Positions 27,595-37,201 of a stretch of DNA of 64,000 nucleotides are shown one piece after another. A model generated the notes under the pieces. That model saw only the letters and a program-made list of their open reading frames with translations. It did no database searches and was not told the DNA's origin. The stretch is taken from assembly GCA_963696985.1 (NCBI GenBank), contig CAVOMG010000003.1:257747-321746 (forward strand), written 5' to 3'. This stretch comes from an uncultured Thermoplasmata archaeon. Lineage in GTDB: Archaea; Thermoplasmatota; Thermoplasmata; Lutacidiplasmatales; UBA184. A program made the position numbers and the translations under genes. Within the stretch, counting starts at the first letter, position 1, and each line of letters opens with the position of its first letter.

Positions 27595-28896
27595 ATGGCC
27601 GATTACACACTGCTCATCGTAGGCGCGATCTTCCTCGTCCTCGCCATCTTCATCGTCCTCGAGCCGGATGATGTATCAGATCCTACCGTACCAGCAGGGG
27701 ATCGTCACCGTACTCGGATCGTACAAACGCCTGCTCAATCCCGGGCTGAACATCGTGAGCCCGATCGCCTCGGTCGTCAAGCTCGACCTGCGGACCCAGG
27801 TGCTCGAGGTCCCCCGGCAGGAGGTCATCACCAAGGACAACTCGCCGACGAACGTCGACGCGATCATCTACATCAAGGTCGTCGACACGCCGAAGGCGCT
27901 CTTCCAGGTCCAGGACTACCACGTGGCCACGGTCGCCCTCGCGCAGACCACCCTCCGGTCGGTGATCGGCGACATGGAGCTCGACGAGGTGCTCTACAAC
28001 CGCGAGCGGATCAACGCTCGGCTTCGCGACATCCTCGACGAGTCCACGGACCGCTGGGGGGTCCGGGTCGAGGCGGTCGAGATCAAGGAGGTCGACCCGG
28101 TCGGCCCCGTCAAGGCCGCCATGGAGGAACAGACGTCGGCCGAACGGCAGCGGCGGGCCGCCGTATTGCGCGCCGATGGGGAGAAGCGATCGGCGATCCT
28201 CGTCGCGGAAGGGAACAAACGCTCCCGGATCCTGCAGGCCGAAGGGGTCCGTCAATCGAAGATCCTCGAGGCGGAAGGGGGCCGGGTCGCGACGATCCTC
28301 GAAGCGCAAGGCGAGGCCCAGCGCCTTCGGATCCTGTCGCTCGGGGCCGGGACCCTGGATGCGAAGGCCCTCACGGTCATCTCGCTCGACACGGTCGCGG
28401 CGCTCGGGGATGGCCAAGCCACGAAGATCCTCTTCCCCTTCGAGTTCTCGCGGCTCATGGAGGGGGCTTCCGAGTACCTGGGGACCTCTCGGACGGTACC
28501 CGACCGCAGCCTGAACACGCTCGCCGACCTCGAGAAGCAGGTCGGGTCGATGGACGACATCCTCGGGCCGATCCCTCGGCAGGAGGAGCTGATGACCGAG
28601 ATCAAGACGATCGAAGAGGAGATCAAGGCCGAGTCCGATGCTTCCACGGCGATGGTCAACCGCGGGGCGACGGGAGCGGTCGCCTCGCCGAGCATCCCCG
28701 AACTCGACGATAGCGTGGTGCCCAGCCCGGCGCCGCGACGACCGTCGACGACCCCCCAGTTCGGCGCGAGCCCGGGACCGACCCCTTCGCCGAGCACCGG
28801 GATCCCCCTCCGGGCAGCGCGGCCCCGCCAAGCTCTCCGCCCCCTCCGACCACGGATGCGTCGGCCGCGACCAAGCGAAAACCGTCGGGACCCTGA
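27595..28896 (+). CDS. SPFH/band-7 (stomatin-type) protein; frame broken near the 5' end and probably again in the Pro-rich tail
   Basis: TM anchor 'MADYTLLIVGAIFLVLAIFIVL' (ORF 27595). The SPFH core is in ORF 27668..29575: 'YQQGIVTVLGSYKRLLNPGLNIV', 'PRQEVITKDN', 'LRSVIGDMELDEVL', 'WGVRVEAVEIKEV', 'AERQRRAAVLRADGEKRSAILVAEG'. First junction at about 27640-27668. With a shift at the C5 run 28804-28808, the tail 'PPPGSAAPPSSPPPPTTDASAATKRKPSGP*' ends at TGA 28894-28896, 18 nt before the next ATG. Confidence 0.8.
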
Positions 28897-28913
28897 GGTC
28901 GGGCCCGCCCTCC

Positions 28914-29727
28914 ATGGCCCCCACCACCCATCCCGCGACGCCGGGGGCCATTCGGGTCCGCAACGAAGGCGCGGTCCGGGAGATCCGGATCGACCGGCCA
29001 GGCCGGCTGAACGCCCTCGACGTTCCCACCTTCCGGGCCCTTCATGCCGCCCTTCAGGACGCGAGTCTCGAGTCGGCGGTCCGGGCGGTGGTCCTCACCG
29101 GGGAGCCGCCGGCGTTTCGGCCGGCGGCGACGTGGCGACGATGGAGGAGGCCCGGTCCTCGGGCGAGCTGCCGAAACTCTTCCACGAGTTGACCGGGGTC
29201 CAAGAGCTGTCGGTCCGGGAGATCGTCGGCATGGCGAAACCCGTGATCGCCTCCCTGCCGGGGGTGGCCGCCGGAGGGGGTTTGTCGCTCGCGCTCGCCG
29301 CAGATTGGCGGATCGCCTCGGAGAACGCCATCCTGGTGCCGGCGTTCCCGGCGCTCGGGGCGGTGCCCGACGGTGGTCTCACCTACTTCCTGCCGCACTT
29401 CCTCGGGATCGGCCTCGCCCAGGAGCTGCTCTTCACCTCGGCCCGGGTCCCCGCGGCCCGGGCCGGGATCTCGGCCTCGTGCACGAAGTGGTGCCGCCGG
29501 CCGATCTCGAGCGTCGGGCGTGGGAGCGGGCCCGGGAGCTCTCGGAGGGACCCACCTTCGCGTACGGATGGATGAAGCGGCTCCTGGTGAGCGCCTTCAG
29601 CGAGAGCCTCGAGTCCCAGATGGCGCTCGAGCGACGGGGCGCCGTGGAAGCGGCCCGCGGGGCGGAGCTGGGCGAGGGGATCCAAGCGTTCCGGGAGAAG
29701 CGCCGCCCGAGATTCCCGCCGCCGTGA
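28914..29727 (+). CDS. enoyl-CoA hydratase/isomerase (crotonase) family protein; frame broken twice
   Basis: Segment 1: 'IRVRNEGAVREIRIDRPGRLNALD...VRAVVLTGEPPAF' (ORF 28638..29192). Segment 2: 'SAGGDVATM...KPVIASLPGVAAGGGLSLALAADWRIA' (ORF 27668..29575). Segment 3: 'DLGLVHEVVPPADLE...GIQAFREKRRPRF*' (ORF 29044..29727). Junctions at the T3 run about 29115-29117 and at 29462-29470 (ggcccgggccggg). Confidence 0.85.
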
Positions 29728-29838
29728 CCCGCCCGGATGCCGTGCTATCCCGGCCCCCGCGACAACGCTCGGGACGGCCTTTTTCCGTCGAGGGCGCGGC
29801 CCGGGAACCTCGGCCCACCGACGCAGGCCGAGCGACCG

Positions 29839-29897
29839 TTAAATATTGAGGATTCGTCGGAGAGACATCGGTCTATCCGTCAGCCGTAGGAGGGAGG
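29839..29897 (+). promoter_or_regulatory. nuo operon promoter and RBS: TATA TTAAATAT (29839-29846) and SD GGAGGGAGG (29889-29897) before ATG 29901
   Basis: Strongly AT-rich octamer in a 170-nt GC-rich spacer. A purine-rich SD lies 4 nt before the start. A T5 tract at 29781-29785 may terminate the upstream unit. Confidence 0.55.
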
Positions 29898-29900
29898 AAG

Positions 29901-30266
29901 ATGGGGGCAGATATCGAGACCTTCCTCGTCTTCGTGGGCATCGCGGTCGCCTTCGCGGTCGGCTCCCTGATCGCGAACCGGTCCCTCGGCGCGAAGGCTC
30001 GGAGCTCCTACCTCAGGCTCACCACCTACGAGTGCGGGGAGGAGGCCGAGGGCGAAGCCCAGATCGACTTCCCGAGCCAGCACTACACCTTCGCCATCGT
30101 CTTCGTGGCGGTCGATATCCTGGGGTTCATCCTGGCGCTCTGGGCGCTCACCTTCCGCGGCGTGAACTCATCCTGGTACCCGATGTTCATCGCGGCGGGC
30201 TTCACCGCCCTTGCGCTCGCCGGCATCTACTATGCGCTTTCGGGCGAGAAGCGGTGGGTGGTATGA
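29901..30266 (+). CDS. nuoA: NADH-quinone oxidoreductase subunit A
   Basis: Three TM helices, conserved 'YECGEE' loop. Confidence 0.88.
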   Translation: MGADIETFLVFVGIAVAFAVGSLIANRSLGAKARSSYLRLTTYECGEEAEGEAQIDFPSQHYTFAIVFVAVDILGFILALWALTFRGVNSSWYPMFIAAGFTALALAGIYYALSGEKRWVV

Positions 30267-30862
30267 GCACGGCTCCGTCGGCCGCGACCGTCCCGCGACC
30301 CGAGGGCGCGGCGCTCCCGATGGCCCAGGAACCCGCCGTCCCGTTCCTCGAGATCGAAGGACTTCGGACGGAGCAGTTCATCCCGGCGGCGAAGGAGGCC
30401 CTGTCCTCCCTGATCGCCGAGCAGGCTCAAGGGAAGCTGATCCGCCCGGTCTTCAACTGGGCGGGTCGGAACTCGCTCTTCCCGCTCCACTGGGGACTCG
30501 CTTGCTGCGCCATCGAGTTCGCGAGCGCCTTCGGCGCCCGGTTCGACGCGGAGCGGTTCGGGGTCGTGCCCCGGTCCTCGCCCCGCCAGTGCGACCTCCT
30601 GATCGTCAACGGGACGGTCACCTGGAAGGTCGCCCACAAGCTGATCACCCTCTATGAGCAGATGCCCGAGCCGAAGTGGGTGATCGCCATGGGGAACTGC
30701 GCGACCGGGGGCGGCCCGTTTCGGACCGCCTATTCGGTCGTCCCCGGGGTCGACAAGCTCGTGCCGGTCGACATCTACATCGCAGGATGTCCGCCCCGTC
30801 CGGAAGCCCTGCTCGACGGGATCCTCAAGCTCGAACAGCTGATCCGGGAGCGCGGCGCATAG
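30263..30862 (+). CDS. nuoB: NADH-quinone oxidoreductase subunit B
   Basis: '[10 protein letters not shown]', '[13 protein letters not shown]', '[16 protein letters not shown]', '[14 protein letters not shown]'. ATG 30263 overlaps the nuoA stop (ATGA). The upstream part of ORF 29846..30862 is off-frame. Confidence 0.92.
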   Translation: MSTAPSAATVPRPEGAALPMAQEPAVPFLEIEGLRTEQFIPAAKEALSSLIAEQAQGKLIRPVFNWAGRNSLFPLHWGLACCAIEFASAFGARFDAERFGVVPRSSPRQCDLLIVNGTVTWKVAHKLITLYEQMPEPKWVIAMGNCATGGGPFRTAYSVVPGVDKLVPVDIYIAGCPPRPEALLDGILKLEQLIRERGA

Positions 30863-30887
30863 GCTGGGGCGGCGCCCCCGAGCCCTG

Positions 30888-31373
30888 GTGGAACGAATGG
30901 CACCCGAGGAGCTCTCCGAGAGGCTTCGGGGCCGGTTCCCCTCTGGTGAGATCATCTTCGAGCCGTTCGAGGGGCTGGCCGGCCGCATCCGGTTCCCGCC
31001 GGCGATGGCGCTCGACCTCTTCCGATTCTTCCGGGACGACCTCGCCTACCCCCACCTCTCGCTGGTGGGCGGGATCGACTGGGAGAAGGAGCGCGAGATC
31101 ATCTACCTCCTTTGGTCGGACGCGGCGCGCCAGTACGTCCTCCTGAGCACCCGGGTCGAAGCCGCCGACCCGCACGTCGAGAGCGCCACAGCGGTCTGGC
31201 CCTCCGCGAACTGGCACGAGCGCGAGGCCTGGGAGATGGTCGGGATCCGGTTCGACCACCACCCGGACCTTCGGCACCTCCTCATGCCCGACGGCTACCA
31301 GTTCCATCCGCTCTTGCGCTCGTTCAAGCTCCACGAGCCCGAGGAGCTGGAGGTGAAGGTGCGCCGTGTCTGA
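30888..31373 (+). CDS. nuoC: NADH-quinone oxidoreductase subunit C
   Basis: 'VWPSANWHEREAWEMVGIRFDHHPDLRHLL'. Confidence 0.9.
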   Translation: MERMAPEELSERLRGRFPSGEIIFEPFEGLAGRIRFPPAMALDLFRFFRDDLAYPHLSLVGGIDWEKEREIIYLLWSDAARQYVLLSTRVEAADPHVESATAVWPSANWHEREAWEMVGIRFDHHPDLRHLLMPDGYQFHPLLRSFKLHEPEELEVKVRRV

Positions 31374-32511
31374 GATGTGGATCAACATGGGGCCCCAGCA
31401 CCCCATGACGCACGGTCTGTGGAACCTGCGCGTCCGCATCGACGGGGAGATCATCGTCGACGCCGACCCCGAGATGGGCTACCTGCACCGGGGGATCGAG
31501 AAGATCAGCGAGGACCGCCACTACAACGAGGTCATCACCCTCATGGACCGGACCTGCTACGTCGCGGGGATCGCCTGGGAACACCTCTACATCCAGGCGG
31601 CCGAGCGGGCGCTCCATGTCGAGGCGCCGGAGCGGGCCCAGTTCATCCGGGTCCTCGCCGAGGAGATGCAGCGGCTGGCGTCCCACATCATGTGGTATGC
31701 CGCGTTCGTCCAGGACTTGGGCCTGATGAGCCCCTTCCTGTACGGGATGCGGGACCGCGACCTCCTTCTCGACCTCTTCCAGAGCTTCACCGGCGGCCGC
31801 CTCACCTACGAGTACATGCGCGTCGGCGGGGTCCGCAACGACCTCCCGATGGGCACCACCGGCCAGATCCGCAAGACCATGGACTGGCTCATGGACCGGT
31901 TCGTCGAGTACGACCGCCTCTGCCTCGGCTCGGAGATCTTCCGGCGGCGGTGCGATGACATCGGGGTCCTGAAGGCGAACGATTGCGTCACCTACGGCGT
32001 CACCGGTCCGATGCTGCGCGCCGCCGGGGTCCGAAGGGACCTTCGGAAGGACCGCCCGTACGCCGCCTACGATCGCGTCGAATTCGACGTCGCTCACGCT
32101 GATTCGGCCGACGTCACCGGCCGCTACCTCGTCCGCCTGGAGGAGATGCGCCAGTCGGTCCGTATCATCCGCCAGGTCGTCGACTGGCTCGACCGGAACC
32201 CGAGCCCCGTGATGGCCGAGCGGGTCCCCCGATGGATGGGGGCGCCGTATGCCCCGATCGGCCGCGAGGGCTACCTCGTGAAGCGGAGCTACCCGAAGGG
32301 CGTCGGGATCTCGGCGATCGAAGAGCCCCACGGCGAGGCCGTCGCCTACGTCGTCAACGAGGGCGGGGAACACCCCTACCGAGTGAAGTTCAAGTCGCCG
32401 ATCTTCGTCAATCTGAGCGCCGTCAAGAAATACCTCGTCGGATACCGGGTCGCCGACATCCCCCCGATCCTCGGGAGCGTCGACGTCTGCGTCGGCGAAG
32501 TCGACCGGTAA
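31366..32511 (+). CDS. nuoD: NADH-quinone oxidoreductase subunit D
   Basis: 'NMGPQHPMTHG', 'GYLHRGIEK', 'YVAGIAWE', 'RVGGVRNDLP', terminal 'VDVCVGEVDR'. Confidence 0.93.
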   Translation: MSEMWINMGPQHPMTHGLWNLRVRIDGEIIVDADPEMGYLHRGIEKISEDRHYNEVITLMDRTCYVAGIAWEHLYIQAAERALHVEAPERAQFIRVLAEEMQRLASHIMWYAAFVQDLGLMSPFLYGMRDRDLLLDLFQSFTGGRLTYEYMRVGGVRNDLPMGTTGQIRKTMDWLMDRFVEYDRLCLGSEIFRRRCDDIGVLKANDCVTYGVTGPMLRAAGVRRDLRKDRPYAAYDRVEFDVAHADSADVTGRYLVRLEEMRQSVRIIRQVVDWLDRNPSPVMAERVPRWMGAPYAPIGREGYLVKRSYPKGVGISAIEEPHGEAVAYVVNEGGEHPYRVKFKSPIFVNLSAVKKYLVGYRVADIPPILGSVDVCVGEVDR

Positions 32512-32529
32512 GGGAGGAGGGCGAGGTCG

Positions 32530-33624
32530 ATGGCGGTCCAGAGCCTCTACGGGGTCGCGAGCCTCATCGCGAATACCCTCTTCGGATCGATCGCCCCGGC
32601 GTGGCTCGTCGTGCTCGTCGCGGACGTGGTGTTCGGCGCGATCCTGCTCGCGGCGAGCATGCTCAACACGATCCTCCTCATCTGGTACGAACGCAAGCTC
32701 TTGGGCCGGTTCATGGACCGGCGCGGGGCGATGCACGTCGGCTACGCGGGCCTCCTCCAGAACTTCGCCGACGGCCTCAAGCTGTTCCGCAAGAACACCT
32801 ACCCGCCGCGGGAGGCGGACGCGCTTGGCTTCTACTCGGGCCCCACCGCTTACATGGTAAGCTCGCTCGTGATCTTCGCCGTCCTGCCGATCTCCACGGG
32901 CTGGGACAACGGCTCCCTCCCGCTCTCCCTGCTCCTCGCCCTCGTGATCTTCTCTTTCGCTCCGCTGTTCATTTTCATCAGCGCCTGGTCCTCGAACAAC
33001 AAGTACTCGCTGATGGGCGGGATGCGCTCGGCCGCCCAGATGATCGCCTACGAGGTCCCGATCCTGATCGCGGTCGTCGCGGTGGTCGTCCTTTCGGGGA
33101 GCTTCGACCTGACGACGATCGTCACCGAGCAGCAGAACTACTGGTTCTGGGCCCCGCTCTTCGTCGCCCTCATCGTGTTCGTCGCCGGCATGCTCGCCGA
33201 GATGGAGCGGATCCCCTTCGATCTTCCCGAGGCCGAGGCGGAGCTCGTGGAGGGGTGGAACACCGAGTACGGCGGGATGCTCTTCGCCTTCTTCATGCTC
33301 GCCGACTACCTGCGGGCGCTCATCGGCAGCATCCTGATCGTCCTCCTGTTCCTCGGCGGATGGACCCTCCCCTCCTACGTCCCCTCGGCCCTCACGACGT
33401 TCCCCCTCGCCGGGATCTTCTGGTTCATGGTCAAGACCTACCTCGTCTTCGGCCTATTCGTCTGGATCCGGGCCTCCCTGCCGAGGGTCCGGACCGACCA
33501 GCTCCTGCGCGTCGGCTGGATGCGGATGGTCCCGCTCTCCCTCGTCGCGGTCTTCCTGGCCGCCCTCGTCGTGATGGTGAACTGCCTCCCGGTGATCGGT
33601 TGTGTGCCGGGGATGGGACGGTGA
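32530..33624 (+). CDS. nuoH: NADH-quinone oxidoreductase subunit H
   Basis: 'ERKLLGRFMDRRG', 'QNFADGLKL', 'AEMERIPFDLPEAEAELVEGWNTEYGGM', 'RASLPRVRTDQLL'. Confidence 0.92.
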   Translation: MAVQSLYGVASLIANTLFGSIAPAWLVVLVADVVFGAILLAASMLNTILLIWYERKLLGRFMDRRGAMHVGYAGLLQNFADGLKLFRKNTYPPREADALGFYSGPTAYMVSSLVIFAVLPISTGWDNGSLPLSLLLALVIFSFAPLFIFISAWSSNNKYSLMGGMRSAAQMIAYEVPILIAVVAVVVLSGSFDLTTIVTEQQNYWFWAPLFVALIVFVAGMLAEMERIPFDLPEAEAELVEGWNTEYGGMLFAFFMLADYLRALIGSILIVLLFLGGWTLPSYVPSALTTFPLAGIFWFMVKTYLVFGLFVWIRASLPRVRTDQLLRVGWMRMVPLSLVAVFLAALVVMVNCLPVIGCVPGMGR

Positions 33625-34406
33625 ACATGGCCGCGAGCGCACCGAACCCCCCCCCGGAGAACACGAACCCCGCCCTGTGGGTCGCGAAGCCGCTCGCCAC
33701 GGCGGCCCGGCAGTTCCTGAAGAGCCTCGTTCGGCCCTCGACGATCGTCTATCCGTTCGAGCGGCTCGAGGACCCGAAGTTCCGCGACGAGGTCCGGGTC
33801 GCCGCCGGCGCCCCGATCGGCATTGGTCAGGTCTGGGACAACTATCGCGGCGTCCACGCCCTCAACATCGCGACGTGCATCTCGTGTAACCTCTGCGCGT
33901 TCAGCTGCCCGGACCTCTGCATCGAGATGGTGACGGTGCCCGGGGGCGATCCGAAGCATCCGAAGAAATGCCCGCAGATCGACTACGGGAAGTGCAGCTA
34001 CTGCGGGTTCTGCTCGGACGCGTGCCCCGAGGGGTGCCTCTCGATGACGACGCGCTACGAGCTTTCGAGCTCCAAGAGGTCGGAGTTGGTCTTCTCCCCC
34101 CAGAAGCTCTACGAGGTCTTCGAGCGCAAGCTGCCGATGAACCCGATCCGGATCGAGCGTCCCGCGAACGAGGACGCGATCCTGCTCGACGGCCCGCTGT
34201 GCATCGGCTGCAACGCCTGCGCCCGCGACTGCCCGACGAGCTGCATCACGATGCTCGAGATCCCGAAGCCGGTGGCGAAGCCGGGCGAGAAGCTCCCGAA
34301 GCGGATCTGGAAGGAGCCCGTGGTCAACGACTCCGACTGCGTCCGATGCGGGACGTGCATCTCGGTCTGCCCCAAGGAATGCCTCTTCTGGGGGACTCAC
34401 CCTTGA
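33621..34406 (+). CDS. nuoI: NADH-quinone oxidoreductase subunit I with an extra 2x[4Fe-4S] ferredoxin module (four CxxCxxCxxxCP motifs)
   Basis: 'CISCNLCAFSCP', 'CSYCGFCSDACP', 'CIGCNACARDCP', 'CVRCGTCISVCP'. GTG 33621 (GTGA overlap) or ATG 33627. The rest of ORF 32232..34406 is off-frame over nuoH. Confidence 0.85.
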   Translation: MNMAASAPNPPPENTNPALWVAKPLATAARQFLKSLVRPSTIVYPFERLEDPKFRDEVRVAAGAPIGIGQVWDNYRGVHALNIATCISCNLCAFSCPDLCIEMVTVPGGDPKHPKKCPQIDYGKCSYCGFCSDACPEGCLSMTTRYELSSSKRSELVFSPQKLYEVFERKLPMNPIRIERPANEDAILLDGPLCIGCNACARDCPTSCITMLEIPKPVAKPGEKLPKRIWKEPVVNDSDCVRCGTCISVCPKECLFWGTHP

Positions 34407-34891
34407 TCCTCGAGGAACTTGCGTTCCTCGCGATCGCCGCCGTCGCGATCGGGACGGCGCTCCTCGCGCTGCTGACCCGGGAGCTCGTCCACACGATCAT
34501 GTGGATCGCGCTCTTCTTCGTCGACCTGTCGGCGCTCTACTTCCTCCTCGAGGCGCCGTTCCTCGGCGTCCTCCAACTCGGGGTCTACGCCGGCGCCGTC
34601 ACGATCCTCCTGCTCTTCGGCGTGATGGTCACCCGGAAGCGGATCTTCTCCCGCGAGGCGGCGACGGGGATCGGCGCCGGCCCGATCGTGCTCGCCGGCC
34701 TCACCCTCTCCGTCCTTGCCCTCGGCTCGGAGGAGCTCCCGTCGACCGGGTCGACGCTCCACACCTACGACCCGGCCCTGCTCTCCCAGACGCTCTTCAA
34801 TTCCGACGGACCGTGGCTCCTCCTCCTCGGGCTCGTGATGCTTTCGGCCCTCGCCGGCGCGATCTACCTCGTCCGGGAGGGACGCGATTGA
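34403..34891 (+). CDS. nuoJ: NADH-quinone oxidoreductase subunit J
   Basis: 'ALYFLLEAPFLGVLQLGVYAGAVTILLLFGVMV'. TTG 34403 overlaps the nuoI stop (TTGA). Confidence 0.82.
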   Translation: MILEELAFLAIAAVAIGTALLALLTRELVHTIMWIALFFVDLSALYFLLEAPFLGVLQLGVYAGAVTILLLFGVMVTRKRIFSREAATGIGAGPIVLAGLTLSVLALGSEELPSTGSTLHTYDPALLSQTLFNSDGPWLLLLGLVMLSALAGAIYLVREGRD

Positions 34892-35205
34892 GCGCGTTCT
34901 CTCCCGCCGGGCTCCTCGCCCTCTCCGGGGCGCTGCTCGCGATCGGCCTCTTCGGGATCCTCACCCGCCGCAACTTCATCCTGCTCCTGATCTCGATCGA
35001 GATCGCGATCAACGCCGCCGTCCTCAACTTCGTCTACTTCGCCTCGTTCGCGGGGGGCGCGAACGGGCTCAGTGGGCAGGCGATCGCCGTCGTCGTCATC
35101 GGCCTCGCCGCCACCGAGGTCGCCGTGGGTCTCGCGATCGTGCTCGCCCTGAACCGGCTGCGCGGATCGATCAACGTCGCCGAGGCGGCGACGCTGAAAC
35201 TGTAG
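34888..35205 (+). CDS. nuoK: NADH-quinone oxidoreductase subunit K
   Basis: 'GLFGILTRRNFILLLISIEIAINAAVLNFV...GLAATEVAVGLAIVLAL'. TTG 34888 overlaps the nuoJ stop (TTGA). Confidence 0.85.
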   Translation: MSAFSPAGLLALSGALLAIGLFGILTRRNFILLLISIEIAINAAVLNFVYFASFAGGANGLSGQAIAVVVIGLAATEVAVGLAIVLALNRLRGSINVAEAATLKL

Positions 35206-35214
35206 GGGGCGGAC

Positions 35215-37200
35215 GTGTCGGCGCTCGATTTCGCGTTCGGATGGGCGCCCCTCGTGCCGGCGCTGACGGCGATCGCGTTCGTGATCATCGGCCTCGGGGG
35301 CCGACGTCTCGCCCGCCTCGAGTGGGGCGGCTGGGTCGCCGTGGCGTTCTCGTTCGCCTCGATGGTGGTCGGCGTCCTCGTGGCGGTCGCCGAGATGCTC
35401 GATCCGGGCTCCTACACCGACACGAGCTTCACCTGGATCTCGATCCCCGGGTCCCCCGGGACCTTCCCGAACGGCTTCCAGCTCGACATCGGCGTCCTCG
35501 TCGACCCGATCTCGGCCCTGATGCTCATCGTGGTGACGGTCGTCGGTTTCCTCGTCCTCCTCTACTCGATCGGCTACATGCACCACGACCACGGGCTACC
35601 CCGGTACTACGCCGAGCTCTCGCTGTTCCTGACGGCGATGACCGGGCTCGTTCTCTCGGATAACCTCCTCGAGTTCTTCCTCTTCTGGGAGCTCGTCGGG
35701 GTCTGCTCCTACTTCCTCATCGGCTTCTACTACGAGAAGCCGAGCGCCGCGAGCGCCGCCAAGGAGGCGTTCCTCGTGACCCGGGTCGGCGACGTCCTCT
35801 TCCTCCTCGGGATCTTCATCTTTTTCGCGACCTACGCGACGAGCGGCCCGGGACTCGGGTGGGCCGCGAGCGGGTTCAAGTTCACGAACGGGAGCGCGCC
35901 GTTCCTCCAGGGGATCATGGGGGGGAACACCCCTATGCTCACCCTCGCCGGCCTCATGATGCTCGCCGGGGCCGCCGGCAAGTCGGCCCAGTTCCCGCTC
36001 CACGTGTGGCTCCCGGACGCCATGGAGGGTCCGACCACGGTGAGCGCCCTCATCCACGCCGCGACGATGGTCGCCGCCGGCGTCTACCTGCTCGCGGTGG
36101 TCTCGCTGTTCCTCGGCTTCACCCCGACCGACCAGCTCGCCATCGTGGCGGTCGGCGGCTTCACCACGTTCTTCGCGGCCTCGATGGCGGTCGTGAACCC
36201 GGACATCAAACGGGTGATCGCCTACTCGACGATCTCCCAACTCGGGTACATGGTTCTCGCCGTCGGGGCCGGTTTCACGATGGTCGGGATGTACCACCTC
36301 TTCACCCACGCATTCTTCAAGGCCCTCCTCTTCCTCGCCGCCGGCTCGGTCATCCACGTCGTCGGCACCCAGGACCTGTTCAAGATGGGCGGCCTGCGCC
36401 GGGCGATGCCGCTCACCGCGGCGGCGTTCGCGATCGGCGGCCTCTCGCTCTCGGGGATCCCGCCGTTCTCTGGGTTCTTCTCGAAGGACGACATCCTCGG
36501 CTCGGTCTTCGGGGAGCTCGGCACCCACCCAGCGTATTGGCCGTTCTTCCTGCTCGCCCTGCTCTCGGTCTTCCTGACGGCCTACTACATCTTCCGCGCT
36601 TGGTTCCTCGCCTTCTCCGGCGACGGCCCCCGGGACCCGACCCTTCCGAAGGCCCATGAGAGCGGCTGGGTGATGCGGGTCCCGCTCATCGTCCTCTCGG
36701 CGCTCGCGATCGGGGCCGGGGCGCTCATCTTCGACCCCGGGTTTGCCTCGCTCTTGAGCGGGTTCGGCATCCCGCCCGCCTACGGCTCGACCGACGTCGC
36801 CCTTTCCGCGGTCTCGCTCGGACTCGCGGCGTGCGGGATCGGCCTCGCCTATGCCTTCTGGGGGAACGGCCGGATCTTCGAGCTCCCGCAGGACTCCCTG
36901 GCCGCGAAGCTCCGGCACGTCCTGCTCCAGCGTTATTACTTCAAGATCGGGTACGACTGGATCGGCCTGCGCGCGACGTACGCCGTCGCGCGGGCGGCCG
37001 ACTTCTTCGAGCGCTACGTCATCGATGGGACCGTCCGGGGGTTCGAGCGCCTCTTCGCCTCCACCTCCGACACCCTCCGGCGCGGCCAGACCGGGATCGT
37101 CTCGGACTACGCCGCGTACGTGGTGGGCGGCCTCGTCGCCTTCCTGCTCGTCCTGATCTTCGTGGCGCCCTGGCTCCTCCAGGCAACGGGAGGGGGCTAG
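35215..37200 (+). CDS. nuoL: NADH-quinone oxidoreductase subunit L
   Basis: Antiporter-like subunit: 'FLFWELVGVCSYFLIGFYYEK', 'GKSAQFPLHVWLPDAMEGPTTVSALIHAATMVAAGVYL', 'IAYSTISQLGYM', plus a long C-terminal extension with TM helices. Confidence 0.92.
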   Translation: MSALDFAFGWAPLVPALTAIAFVIIGLGGRRLARLEWGGWVAVAFSFASMVVGVLVAVAEMLDPGSYTDTSFTWISIPGSPGTFPNGFQLDIGVLVDPISALMLIVVTVVGFLVLLYSIGYMHHDHGLPRYYAELSLFLTAMTGLVLSDNLLEFFLFWELVGVCSYFLIGFYYEKPSAASAAKEAFLVTRVGDVLFLLGIFIFFATYATSGPGLGWAASGFKFTNGSAPFLQGIMGGNTPMLTLAGLMMLAGAAGKSAQFPLHVWLPDAMEGPTTVSALIHAATMVAAGVYLLAVVSLFLGFTPTDQLAIVAVGGFTTFFAASMAVVNPDIKRVIAYSTISQLGYMVLAVGAGFTMVGMYHLFTHAFFKALLFLAAGSVIHVVGTQDLFKMGGLRRAMPLTAAAFAIGGLSLSGIPPFSGFFSKDDILGSVFGELGTHPAYWPFFLLALLSVFLTAYYIFRAWFLAFSGDGPRDPTLPKAHESGWVMRVPLIVLSALAIGAGALIFDPGFASLLSGFGIPPAYGSTDVALSAVSLGLAACGIGLAYAFWGNGRIFELPQDSLAAKLRHVLLQRYYFKIGYDWIGLRATYAVARAADFFERYVIDGTVRGFERLFASTSDTLRRGQTGIVSDYAAYVVGGLVAFLLVLIFVAPWLLQATGGG

Positions 37201-37201
37201 C

